This document shows, in pieces, positions 9,123-17,106 of a stretch of DNA of 64,000 bases. Each line of letters starts with the position of its first letter. Position 1 is the first letter of the stretch. The DNA is from an uncultured Candidatus Binatia bacterium. Lineage in GTDB: Bacteria; Desulfobacterota; Binatia; HRBIN30. The stretch covers positions 1,302 through 65,301 of the forward strand of contig CAZGEJ010000026.1 in assembly GCA_964524885.1 (NCBI GenBank), written 5' to 3'. The translations under genes and the position numbers were made by a program. The notes below the pieces were generated by a model, which searched no databases, had not been told where the DNA came from, and saw only the letters and a program-made list of their open reading frames with translations.

Positions 9123-11708
9123 ATGAACACCTCGACGATCCGCAAACACCCGCCCATCCTCGATCCAACACCGGTCAGTCCCGACCAGATCGCCGCTCTC
9201 GCCGACTCGCTCGGCCTGCCGATCGTCAACCGCGTCGCTCTGCCCGAGCGCAGCGCACACCACGCTCCGGTGCCGGCCACACTCGCCGCTCCGTTGCGCG
9301 ATACTCTGTCGAATCGCTTCCCGGCCGGGCTTTATGCCCACCAGTCGGCGGCGATCGAGGCTTCGATTGCCGGCAATGACCTGTGTGTCGCCACCTCGAC
9401 CGCCTCGGGCAAAAGCCTCATCTTCATGAGCGCTGCCGCCCATCGGCTGTGCGCCGACCCGAAGGCTCGCGTCCTCGCGCTCTATCCGGCCCGTGCCCTC
9501 ATGCAGGACCAGATCGAGAAATGGCGGACCTTCCTTGCGCCGCTCGGACTCTCCGTCGGGCTCATCGACGGCGGCGTCGACACGCGGCAGCGCGCCGAGA
9601 TCGTCGAGCACAACCACGTCGTCTTGATGACCCCGGACGTTGCTCACGCCTGGGCGCTGTCGCGCGCCGGGGAGCGGCCCGTGCGCCGGTTCCTCGAGCG
9701 GCTCGACCTCGTCGTGCTCGACGAGGCGCACGTCTACGAGGGCGTGTTCGGCACCAACATGTCGTACTTCATGCGCCGCCTGGACATCGTCGCCGGCGGC
9801 TTCGACCTGATCGCCGCCACCGCGACCATTGGCAGGCCCGGCGCGTTCATCGAGAAACTCACGGGCAGGCAGGTGCAGACCTTCGCCGCCGACAGCGACG
9901 CCTCGCCGGCGCCGGCCCGAACCCTGCTTCTCGCCGACGGCCGGGGCAAGAAGCGCTTCCAGCGCATCGCCGACCTGCTCAAGGGCATCGCCCAGCAGCG
10001 CCTCGGTCGCTTCATCGCCTTCGGCGATTCGCGCCGCCTGGTGGAGCGCATGGTGGCCGCCGCCCGCCGCCCGGCCGATGCCGACACGGGCGCGGACCCT
10101 GATGACGCGGTCGACAACGAGGCTGATCTCTCGTTGGACAGCGACGCCGGCGAGATTCTGCCTTACCGTGCCGGCTACGAGACCGAGGACCGCAACGACA
10201 TCCAGAAGGCGCTGGCGCAAGGCCAACTGCTCGGCGTCGTGTCGACCAGCGCGCTCGAGCTCGGACTCGACATCGGCGACATCGACGTCGTCGTCCTGCT
10301 CAATCCGCCGACGAGCACCAAGGCCCTGTGGCAGAGGCTCGGCCGCACCGGGCGTGCCCGTCCGGGGGTGTGTATCGTCATCGACGACCGCGGCACGCTG
10401 GTGGCGCGTCCGCACGGGCTCGAGAGCTACCTGGCCCGCGAGGTCGAGCCGAACTGGCTCTACCTCGACAATCGCTACATTCAGTACGGCAACGCGTTGT
10501 GCGCGGCACAGGAGGCGCGCGTCTGCGGCATCGAGGCGGGCGCAGCGAAGGCGCTGGCGACGTTGCCGGAGAAGTTCCGGGCGATGGTGGAGAACGAGCT
10601 TCACCCGACGGAGGTGGTGCCGGACGATCTCTATCCGTTGAAGCAGCGGGCACAGGCCGGGCCGCACTACGAGTTTCCCCTGCGCAGCAGCATGGAGATG
10701 AACTTCAAGGTGCAGGGTCCGTTCGGCCGCTCCCTGGGCGAGCTGACCTACGGCCAGGTGCTGCGCGAGGCGTATCCGGGAGCGGTCTACTATTACATGG
10801 CCAAACCGTTCCGGGTGATTGCCTTCCGCTACCGGCAGCGCGAGATCCAGACGCGGCGCGACAAGCACCTGACGACACACCCGCTGGCGCAGACGATGGT
10901 ATTCCCGCGCTTCGCCGGCGGCACGCTGGCGCTGCGGCGCAGTGCGGGGGCGTTCGTCGCCGAGGCCGAGGTGCAGGTGAGCGAGCGGGTGATCGGCTTC
11001 AAGGAGATCCGCGGCAGGAACGAGGAGGAGCACCTCTACGGGCCGGAGTCCCCGTGGTCCCAGCGCGACCTGACGCGGTTCTTCCCGACGACGGGGGTGT
11101 GCTGGTTCTCGCCGCGCAAGGCCTTTCTCGCCGAGCGGGTGGGGGACGCGATTCTCGAGGCGTATTGCTCGACCTTCGGAGTGCAGCCCCGGGATCTCGG
11201 TGTCGGATTGTTCCATGCCAACGTGTCGCCGCTCGGCGGGGAGAAGGTACAGGGGCTGTGCGTCTACGACGCGACGCACGGCAGTCTGCGGCTGACGCAG
11301 CGGCTGGCAGAGAACTTTTCCGAGGTGATCGAGGCGGCACGGGCAACGGCTGCGGCGGAGGGAGAGCGCGAGCTCGCGCTCGAGCTCGAGGCCTTCGCCG
11401 CGGAGGTCGCCGGCCTCGCGCCGGCGCCGGTGGAGCACGTAAAGCTGCCTCTCGGCGAGGCCGTTGCCGACGAGTGGGTGACGGTGGTGGCGGCCGGAGG
11501 GCCGGCGATGTTGGTGACCGACGCCCGGACGGCGGAGGTGGTGGTCAAGGATCACCGCTATACGCCACGCGGACTTCTCTACGAGCTCGAGCCGGAGCAG
11601 CCGGGCGTGCGGTGGCTGGTGGCGGCCCGCGACGTGCAGCCGATCTTCGGCCGCAGCCCGCTGGCCAAGCTCAACCTGGAGACGGGAGAGATCCGGGAGG
11701 TGGAGTGA
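9123..11708 (+). CDS. SF2 DEAD/DEAH-box helicase (861 aa) with a ~300-aa C-terminal domain of unknown function (MrfA/DUF1998-like architecture, but no CxxC cluster).
   Basis: Helicase motif Q (YAHQSAAI), motif I (TSTASGKSLIF), motif II (VLDEAHVYEGVFG), motif III (ATATIG) and motif VI (QRLGRTGRAR). Shine-Dalgarno AAAGGAGA 5 nt before the ATG. Divergent from cas10. Confidence 0.85.
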   Translation: MNTSTIRKHPPILDPTPVSPDQIAALADSLGLPIVNRVALPERSAHHAPVPATLAAPLRDTLSNRFPAGLYAHQSAAIEASIAGNDLCVATSTASGKSLIFMSAAAHRLCADPKARVLALYPARALMQDQIEKWRTFLAPLGLSVGLIDGGVDTRQRAEIVEHNHVVLMTPDVAHAWALSRAGERPVRRFLERLDLVVLDEAHVYEGVFGTNMSYFMRRLDIVAGGFDLIAATATIGRPGAFIEKLTGRQVQTFAADSDASPAPARTLLLADGRGKKRFQRIADLLKGIAQQRLGRFIAFGDSRRLVERMVAAARRPADADTGADPDDAVDNEADLSLDSDAGEILPYRAGYETEDRNDIQKALAQGQLLGVVSTSALELGLDIGDIDVVVLLNPPTSTKALWQRLGRTGRARPGVCIVIDDRGTLVARPHGLESYLAREVEPNWLYLDNRYIQYGNALCAAQEARVCGIEAGAAKALATLPEKFRAMVENELHPTEVVPDDLYPLKQRAQAGPHYEFPLRSSMEMNFKVQGPFGRSLGELTYGQVLREAYPGAVYYYMAKPFRVIAFRYRQREIQTRRDKHLTTHPLAQTMVFPRFAGGTLALRRSAGAFVAEAEVQVSERVIGFKEIRGRNEEEHLYGPESPWSQRDLTRFFPTTGVCWFSPRKAFLAERVGDAILEAYCSTFGVQPRDLGVGLFHANVSPLGGEKVQGLCVYDATHGSLRLTQRLAENFSEVIEAARATAAAEGERELALELEAFAAEVAGLAPAPVEHVKLPLGEAVADEWVTVVAAGGPAMLVTDARTAEVVVKDHRYTPRGLLYELEPEQPGVRWLVAARDVQPIFGRSPLAKLNLETGEIREVE

Positions 11709-11709
11709 G

Positions 11710-12249
11710 ATGGAGTTCCTTCATCCGACCTGTCCGCACGCAGGACGTAGATCCACCGACTCTCCAGAAACGCATCAGGAAAGGATAGAGGACATGCATC
11801 GACGTGGATCCACCTCAACATCGGAACCCCTCCAACGGGATGACATTCCACGCCAACTCGAGCCCGGATCGCACATCATGGTGAAGAGGACGCTGCAGTA
11901 CTCGCATCATGGAGTCTACATCGGCGACGGTCGGGTCATTCACTTCTCAGGCGAACCCTTCGACATGGCCAATGCGTCGATCTGCGAAACGACCATTGAG
12001 GATTTCCTGAACGGCGGCGTTCCGCGGGTGGTTCTGCACGGCGACGAGCAACTGGCCGCCGATGTCGTCGTCCAGAACGCGAGCAAGCGACTCGGCGAAA
12101 CCGGCTACCGTCTGACGGCGAACAATTGCGAACACTTCGCGACCGAATGCTGCACAGGAAAGCCGTCTTGCAAGCAGTTCCAGGCCTTCATCTGGGGTGG
12201 TCTGATTGGTCTGGGGTTGCACAACAACCTCAACGGAGAAAGGTCCTAG
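11710..12249 (+). CDS. LRAT / H-box-NC domain protein (NlpC/P60 superfamily acyltransferase/phospholipase-like).
   Basis: The segment LEPGSHIMVKRTLQYSHHGVYIGDGRVIHFSG aligns with the PLAAT/LRAT His box. The C-terminal NCEHFATECC matches the NCEHF catalytic-Cys motif. It starts 1 nt after the helicase stop. Confidence 0.7.
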   Translation: MEFLHPTCPHAGRRSTDSPETHQERIEDMHRRGSTSTSEPLQRDDIPRQLEPGSHIMVKRTLQYSHHGVYIGDGRVIHFSGEPFDMANASICETTIEDFLNGGVPRVVLHGDEQLAADVVVQNASKRLGETGYRLTANNCEHFATECCTGKPSCKQFQAFIWGGLIGLGLHNNLNGERS

Positions 12250-12251
12250 AA

Positions 12252-12446
12252 ATGAATGAACACGATGCGCAGGCGAAAGGTGCTGTTGCAGGCGGCGAGT
12301 CAGTCAAGCTGGTCGCTGCCACGGCGGCAGCGGGAGTCGCGGCCTTCATTGTAGGGGGAATCGTGCTGGCGGTTCCGGTGACCGCTGCCGTTGGGTGTGT
12401 CGCCTATCGACAAATCAAGAACAGCAGCCTTGGCACAACCGTATAG
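12252..12446 (+). CDS. Small membrane protein (64 aa, one Ala/Gly/Val-rich transmembrane helix).
   Basis: MNEHDAQAKGAVAGGESVKLVAATAAAGVAAFIVGGIVLAVPVTAAVGCVAYRQIKNSSLGTTV. Shine-Dalgarno GGAGAAAGG upstream. 2 nt after the LRAT-like stop. Confidence 0.45.
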   Translation: MNEHDAQAKGAVAGGESVKLVAATAAAGVAAFIVGGIVLAVPVTAAVGCVAYRQIKNSSLGTTV

Positions 12447-12547
12447 GACCGCCCGCTCCTCGGAGTCATTGCGGCGCATAGCTTCTCCCGCATCCTGGAG
12501 GACTCACCCGCCGCCGGGAGTCTGCTCTTGAACCTGCCACCGGGTCG

Positions 12548-13318
12548 GTGGCAGACAGCCTAGAGCATGGTCGTTCAGCCAGCCTTCGAGCTCGAGCAGG
12601 GGTTCCGATGAACCTCGGCGAGGCACTGCGGATTCTCGGGCCCGAGAAAGCGGCCGGCGACCGGGAGTTGGCCGCGGAGGTGCTGCGCGCCAAGATTGCA
12701 CAACTCGTGCGCGCCAAGGGAACCTATCCGGCGGGCCGCGACGACGCGGACGACGCCGTCCAGCGCGTCCTGCTGCGCATGCTGCGCCGGCTACGTCCTT
12801 TGCAAGGCGATGCGGAGGGCGTAGCCGCTTCGTACCTGCGGTCGGCCGTCGACCACGATTTCGCCGACCAGCTCAAGCGCAAGCGCACCCGCACTAAGGC
12901 GCGGCCGACGGCGGTCCACACGCCGACCGCGCTGGACGCAGACTCCGGCGAGGACCACCCCGATCCGGTCATCGTCGACCCGGTGTCTCCCGAAGAGATC
13001 GCCGCGGGCCGAGCCGAGGCCGAGCGGATCCAGAAGATCTTCCTCGACCAGATCGTTGCCGGGCTCGACGCCCGCAACCCCCAAGGCCGCGGAGCCGTAA
13101 TCGTCGCGCAACTGCAACGCATCGCGCGCGGCGAAACTACGGTCGAAGAAATCATCGAGGCCGAAGGCGGGGACTTCACGAAGGCACGCAACCGCTTTTA
13201 TCAAAACGTGCACCGACTCCGAGAGAGGATTGCGGCCGAGATCGACAGGTGCCACCCCGACGATCGGCCGGCCCTGTACGACGTGCTCGAGCGTCTGAAA
13301 ATCCAGAGGACCCGATGA
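12548..13318 (+). CDS. ECF-type sigma-70-like protein (putative). An alternative ATG start at 12608 is possible.
   Basis: Region-2-like DDAVQRVLLRMLRRLRPLQGDAEGVAASYLRSAVDHDFADQLKRKR. C-terminal region-4-like HTH EEIIEAEGGDFTKARNRFYQNVHRLRERI. The sigma assignment rests on motifs only. Confidence 0.45.
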   Translation: MADSLEHGRSASLRARAGVPMNLGEALRILGPEKAAGDRELAAEVLRAKIAQLVRAKGTYPAGRDDADDAVQRVLLRMLRRLRPLQGDAEGVAASYLRSAVDHDFADQLKRKRTRTKARPTAVHTPTALDADSGEDHPDPVIVDPVSPEEIAAGRAEAERIQKIFLDQIVAGLDARNPQGRGAVIVAQLQRIARGETTVEEIIEAEGGDFTKARNRFYQNVHRLRERIAAEIDRCHPDDRPALYDVLERLKIQRTR

Positions 13319-13541
13319 ACCGGAGGGACAACAACCGGTCGGTCGCCCGCTTCGACTCGCCCCCACGAAGTCGGCACGCCGCGGCAATCGCGGCGCGGGA
13401 AGATTCCGCGGCGGGCTGCGCCGCCCGCTTTGTCTCCCGGCGGGAGCGGGCCAGAACTTCGAGCTCGCATGTCAGACGCTCGGCCCTCGCGCGTCCGTAT
13501 CGCCATGCCATCTTGCTACGCCGCCCAGGAAAGCTCCCACG

Positions 13542-14633
13542 ATGACCCTCCGGCTGCCCCCCGAAGAGCGCGCCCGTCTTGGCCTTAGCGACACCGCCCC
13601 CGGTGATACCGAAGTTCTCGAGATCGCCGCCCCTGCCGCCGATCAGGGCCGTGGCACCCTCACCGCCTTCACGACGGTTGGAGTCATTGCCGGCGGCGCC
13701 CCGTCGCTGGTAAGCCTCGTGGCGGATCTCTTCGCTCAAAAGCAGCCGACCGCCGAGTTCGCGTCCGTCTCCTCTCGCATCGCGCGCAACGCAAACCTCG
13801 CCATCTCCCTGCACCGGCAGAACCACGGCCTGGTGCTGGTGGAGTCGCCGCGGCACCGCCTCCACGGACGCGGCGTCGTGCCTGACGCCGTCGTTCATCC
13901 CGACAGCGATCCCGCCGCCGTCGTCGCCGACCTCAACGCCGGCCCGGCGGCGATCGAGTTGTCCGACGGTAGCCGCATCGTCCTCCAATTCCGTCAAGGC
14001 AAGATCATGCTCGACTGGCTCCCAGCGCACTCGGACGCACCGCTTCCCACTACGATTTCCCCACCACTGCTCCGGCTGATGCACGACACACGAGACCCAT
14101 GGGCGCACGGACTGATCCACGCGGCGCTCACTGCCACCGACGCTTGGACCCAACTGGTCGCCGCCGGAACCTTTTGCCGCCTCTGGGAGCCCACCTCAGC
14201 CGACGAGATCCGTGACGCCGTGCAGCGCGCCATCGCCGGAACTCCGGAGCCGCACCAGACGGAACTACGAACCTGGGGGAGCACTCTGTCATCGGACGAC
14301 AAGGCGGCGCTCCGCCGCACCTGCCTGACCCGCATCGACGGCATGCATCGCCTCCTCGACGACCTCACACTCGAGATGGCGCCGGACGATACCGCGTGGA
14401 TTGCTCGCTTCGAGCAGGCTTGCCGCGAGCGCGATGACCTCGAGTCGGTGCGGGCCGACCTCGCTGCGGCCGGAGTTGTCGACGAAGTCGACATCGCACT
14501 CGAGGGGCTCGACGCGCGTGGGCGCTCTCTCGTGACGGCACTGCCGGTCGTGATCCGGATCGACGACGAGCGACTGCAACGGGCGGCACGCGTCGATCCG
14601 AACGCTTGGTGGGCCGAGCCGGCGCTCGCCTGA
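13542..14633 (+). CDS. Hypothetical protein (363 aa) between the sigma-like gene and the Lon-like protease; possible protease substrate, anti-sigma or sensor.
   Basis: Long ORF with good GC3 bias. Shine-Dalgarno AGGAAAG before the ATG. Mixed beta/alpha-looking sequence with no recognisable motif. It overlaps the next ORF start by 28 nt. Confidence 0.6.
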   Translation: MTLRLPPEERARLGLSDTAPGDTEVLEIAAPAADQGRGTLTAFTTVGVIAGGAPSLVSLVADLFAQKQPTAEFASVSSRIARNANLAISLHRQNHGLVLVESPRHRLHGRGVVPDAVVHPDSDPAAVVADLNAGPAAIELSDGSRIVLQFRQGKIMLDWLPAHSDAPLPTTISPPLLRLMHDTRDPWAHGLIHAALTATDAWTQLVAAGTFCRLWEPTSADEIRDAVQRAIAGTPEPHQTELRTWGSTLSSDDKAALRRTCLTRIDGMHRLLDDLTLEMAPDDTAWIARFEQACRERDDLESVRADLAAAGVVDEVDIALEGLDARGRSLVTALPVVIRIDDERLQRAARVDPNAWWAEPALA

Positions 14634-16483
14634 AGCCACCCGTGAATCTGACCCGATCCGAACGCGAACGCCGGACGCGGAGTCTGCGCGCGGCTCGATG
14701 GTGTTGGCCGCAAGCCGGCACTCATGAGTTTCGCGAGGCGCTCTCCCTCGTCTCCGAAGGCCCGCCCGCACTTTCTCCCGGCGAAGTGCCGCTGGTGACC
14801 GTCGACGCCCGCGGCTTCGCCGGCAGCCTGTGGTGCCTACGCATGGGAGCAGCGGATCACGAACCCGGACTCGCATCCTTCGAGGGTAGCGCCCGGCGCG
14901 CCTGGCAGAATGCCGCGCTCGCGGTGCCGCGCTCCCTACCGCTTCTCTGGTCCGACGTGCGGCGAGTCGCGCAACGCGACCTTCACGCCGAGCACCTCGC
15001 CCAACACCTCCTGCGTGACGGCGCCGCGCCGCCGGCCCAAGAACTCACCGGAACGTCATTCGGTCTATCCTTCGTGCTCGCGTTGACGTCTCTGGTGATC
15101 GATCGGCCGCTCCCCGACACGTGGGTGGCAACAGCGGAAGTCAGCGCCGACGGCGCCATCGGTCCGGTCGAAGGGCTCGAGGCGAAGATCGCGGTGATCG
15201 AGCGGCACGCGCCGCACCTCAGCCAACTACTCGTCGCCGCCGCCCAGGAAGAAGCAGCGCATAGTCTGGCTGGGCGCCTGGAAATCGTGCCCGTCCGCAG
15301 CGCGGCTCAGGCGATCCGGCGGGTCTTCGGAGACGACGCCTTCGCGGCCTGTCTCGGTGCCTATGCCGCCGACGCAACGCAGCGCTCCGAGGTCGTCGAC
15401 TTCTTCTTCCGCCAAGCGCTGGTCGGCAGCCGTCGGGTCTATGTCGACTGGGGACCCATCGCGCGGGCGGCAACCACGGCCCTCGAGACCTGGACCGGCC
15501 TCGACGCAAACGACCGCTGGCGGCTCGAGCTGGCGCGCGGCATCGCCGACCGCCATGCCGGCGGCCGGACGGCGATCAGCGCCCCCAGCGACAGCCAGCT
15601 ACGGCGTTTTCCACGTTCACTTCGAGTGTCGCTGGTGGCGCAGTTGGTCCAACACTGCCATGACGTAGGCACACCCAGTCCCAAGGAGATGGAGCCCTAC
15701 CTCGCGGACACGAGCATCTTCGTACCGCTCGAGGACGCGTTCGCGCAGCATCTCGCGGCATGGGGCACGCGGGCGCGACTTTTGGCATCGACGGGGAAAC
15801 CGGCGGAGGCACTGCGCCTCCAAGAGAACCTCGCCATGGCCTGGGTAGAGCGGCTGGAATACGCCCAGACGACCTTTCCACTCTCGGAGTGGTTTCGCCT
15901 GGGCGGCGCCCTCGCTACACTGCCGCACGGCTGTACCCGGGCGGAGGCGACCGCCGCTGTCGATCGCGCGGAGCGCCTTTACGGAGAGTTGGCCGCCCGC
16001 GTCGGCTTCGACCCGCAGAGCGCAGGGTACGTGGACCTTGCCCGCACACGCGCCAGGCTCGTGCGGCTCGGCGACAGTTCCGGACGAGCGGCACCAGCGG
16101 ACGACGCGGTCGCAGCTGCCGACACGGTTCTCGCGCGTCTCGCGGACGACGAAGTCTATGTACCGTGGCACGTGCGCTTCGCGGCCCTGCGGCTGCGGAT
16201 TGCCTTGTGCGAGAGCAGCGGCGACAGCCGAACGGCCGCGATTCTTGGTCGAATGCTCGCCGACGCTGATTCCGGCGAGAACAGCGAACGCACCCGCGCG
16301 GCACACCGGGCGGCGATTCTAGTCCGTCTCGACCGCGCGCTGCGCCATAACGACGACGAAGAAGCAGCGATCGCCGTCGACTTGCTGACGGCGGACGACC
16401 CGGGGCCGATGGGTCACCTACGCGCCGTCGCCGACCCTCCCCGCGGTAGGGCTGCGTACGTCGCGGCTTACTACCCGTACTGA
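14606..16483 (+). CDS. Lon-like (S16) Ser-Lys protease domain fused to a ~390-aa Ala/Leu/Arg-rich (probably helical) C-terminal domain.
   Basis: ELTGTSFGLSFVLALTSLV ... VATAEVSADGAIGPVEGLEAKIAVIERH. Putative Ser151 (GTSFG, like GPSAG) and Lys194 (GLEAK, like GGLKEK) are 43 residues apart, as in E. coli Lon S679/K722. The start is uncertain; an ATG at 14843 is also possible. Confidence 0.65.
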   Translation: MVGRAGARLKPPVNLTRSERERRTRSLRAARWCWPQAGTHEFREALSLVSEGPPALSPGEVPLVTVDARGFAGSLWCLRMGAADHEPGLASFEGSARRAWQNAALAVPRSLPLLWSDVRRVAQRDLHAEHLAQHLLRDGAAPPAQELTGTSFGLSFVLALTSLVIDRPLPDTWVATAEVSADGAIGPVEGLEAKIAVIERHAPHLSQLLVAAAQEEAAHSLAGRLEIVPVRSAAQAIRRVFGDDAFAACLGAYAADATQRSEVVDFFFRQALVGSRRVYVDWGPIARAATTALETWTGLDANDRWRLELARGIADRHAGGRTAISAPSDSQLRRFPRSLRVSLVAQLVQHCHDVGTPSPKEMEPYLADTSIFVPLEDAFAQHLAAWGTRARLLASTGKPAEALRLQENLAMAWVERLEYAQTTFPLSEWFRLGGALATLPHGCTRAEATAAVDRAERLYGELAARVGFDPQSAGYVDLARTRARLVRLGDSSGRAAPADDAVAAADTVLARLADDEVYVPWHVRFAALRLRIALCESSGDSRTAAILGRMLADADSGENSERTRAAHRAAILVRLDRALRHNDDEEAAIAVDLLTADDPGPMGHLRAVADPPRGRAAYVAAYYPY

Positions 16484-16560
16484 CTCCCGCCTTGGGTGTC
16501 AGACAGGAGCGACGCGCGCGTCTTTCCACCCGGCAGCAAACGCCGGAAAGGGAGGACGCC

Positions 16561-16782
16561 GTGAACGCTCATCATCGAAACCACAAGCGCCTGTGCCGCG
16601 GCTGCGGCGACCACTGGGCCCGCTACCAATACCGCGGGCGTGTGCGCTGGGACCGACGCCACGACGTCTGCTTCCGCTGCTGGCGGTCGCTGATGGATCG
16701 CCACAGGCCGGTCCGCTCGCGCTTCAACGTGCCGGCACCGATTCACGTGCCATGGCAATCGCCGCTACGCGAAGCTGCCTGA
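16561..16782 (+). CDS. Possible small basic zinc-ribbon protein (~73 aa) with two CxxC pairs.
   Basis: Shine-Dalgarno GGAAAGGGAGGA, 4 nt, then GTG. VNAHHRNHKRLCRGCGDHWARYQYRGRVRWDRRHDVCFRCWRSL... Lies in the gap after the Lon-like gene. Confidence 0.3.
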   Translation: MNAHHRNHKRLCRGCGDHWARYQYRGRVRWDRRHDVCFRCWRSLMDRHRPVRSRFNVPAPIHVPWQSPLREAA

Positions 16783-17106
16783 TGTCGGAGTTCGGTTCCG
16801 ACGTGCCTCGGCAAGCAAAACCGATGACGTTCCCCGAAGCTCTCTTCGTCGATCTTCTCAGAAAATTCCTGGGCCACCCGGAGTGTTTAGTTGCACTCGA
16901 AACCTCCCAGCGCCCGGCGTCGGGCGCGGCCCGCCACCCTTCTCTCCGCGAGGCGCAGGAGATCCCCTCAAAGCTCCGTGAGGGAATCCTGGCGACAGGT
17001 CTGCGTTCACCCGCAGCGGGCCCGCCGAGTACAACTCGGCGCTCCAGGGCGCTGCGCGCCCCTCTTCATCTGGCTTCAGCCGAGGCTACTGTTAACGGCG
17101 ACGTCT

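Noticed and set aside
9069-11555. 828-aa minus-strand ORF opposite the helicase gene.
   Set aside because: The helicase frame carries all SF2 motifs. The antisense ORF is Arg/Gly/Ala-rich with no motifs.
11710-11877. Whether the LRAT-like gene should start at the internal ATG 11878 (MVKRTLQY).
   Set aside because: Alignment logic places the LRAT domain start (LEPGSHIM) upstream of that Met, and the 11710 start is coupled 1 nt after the helicase stop. I kept 11710.
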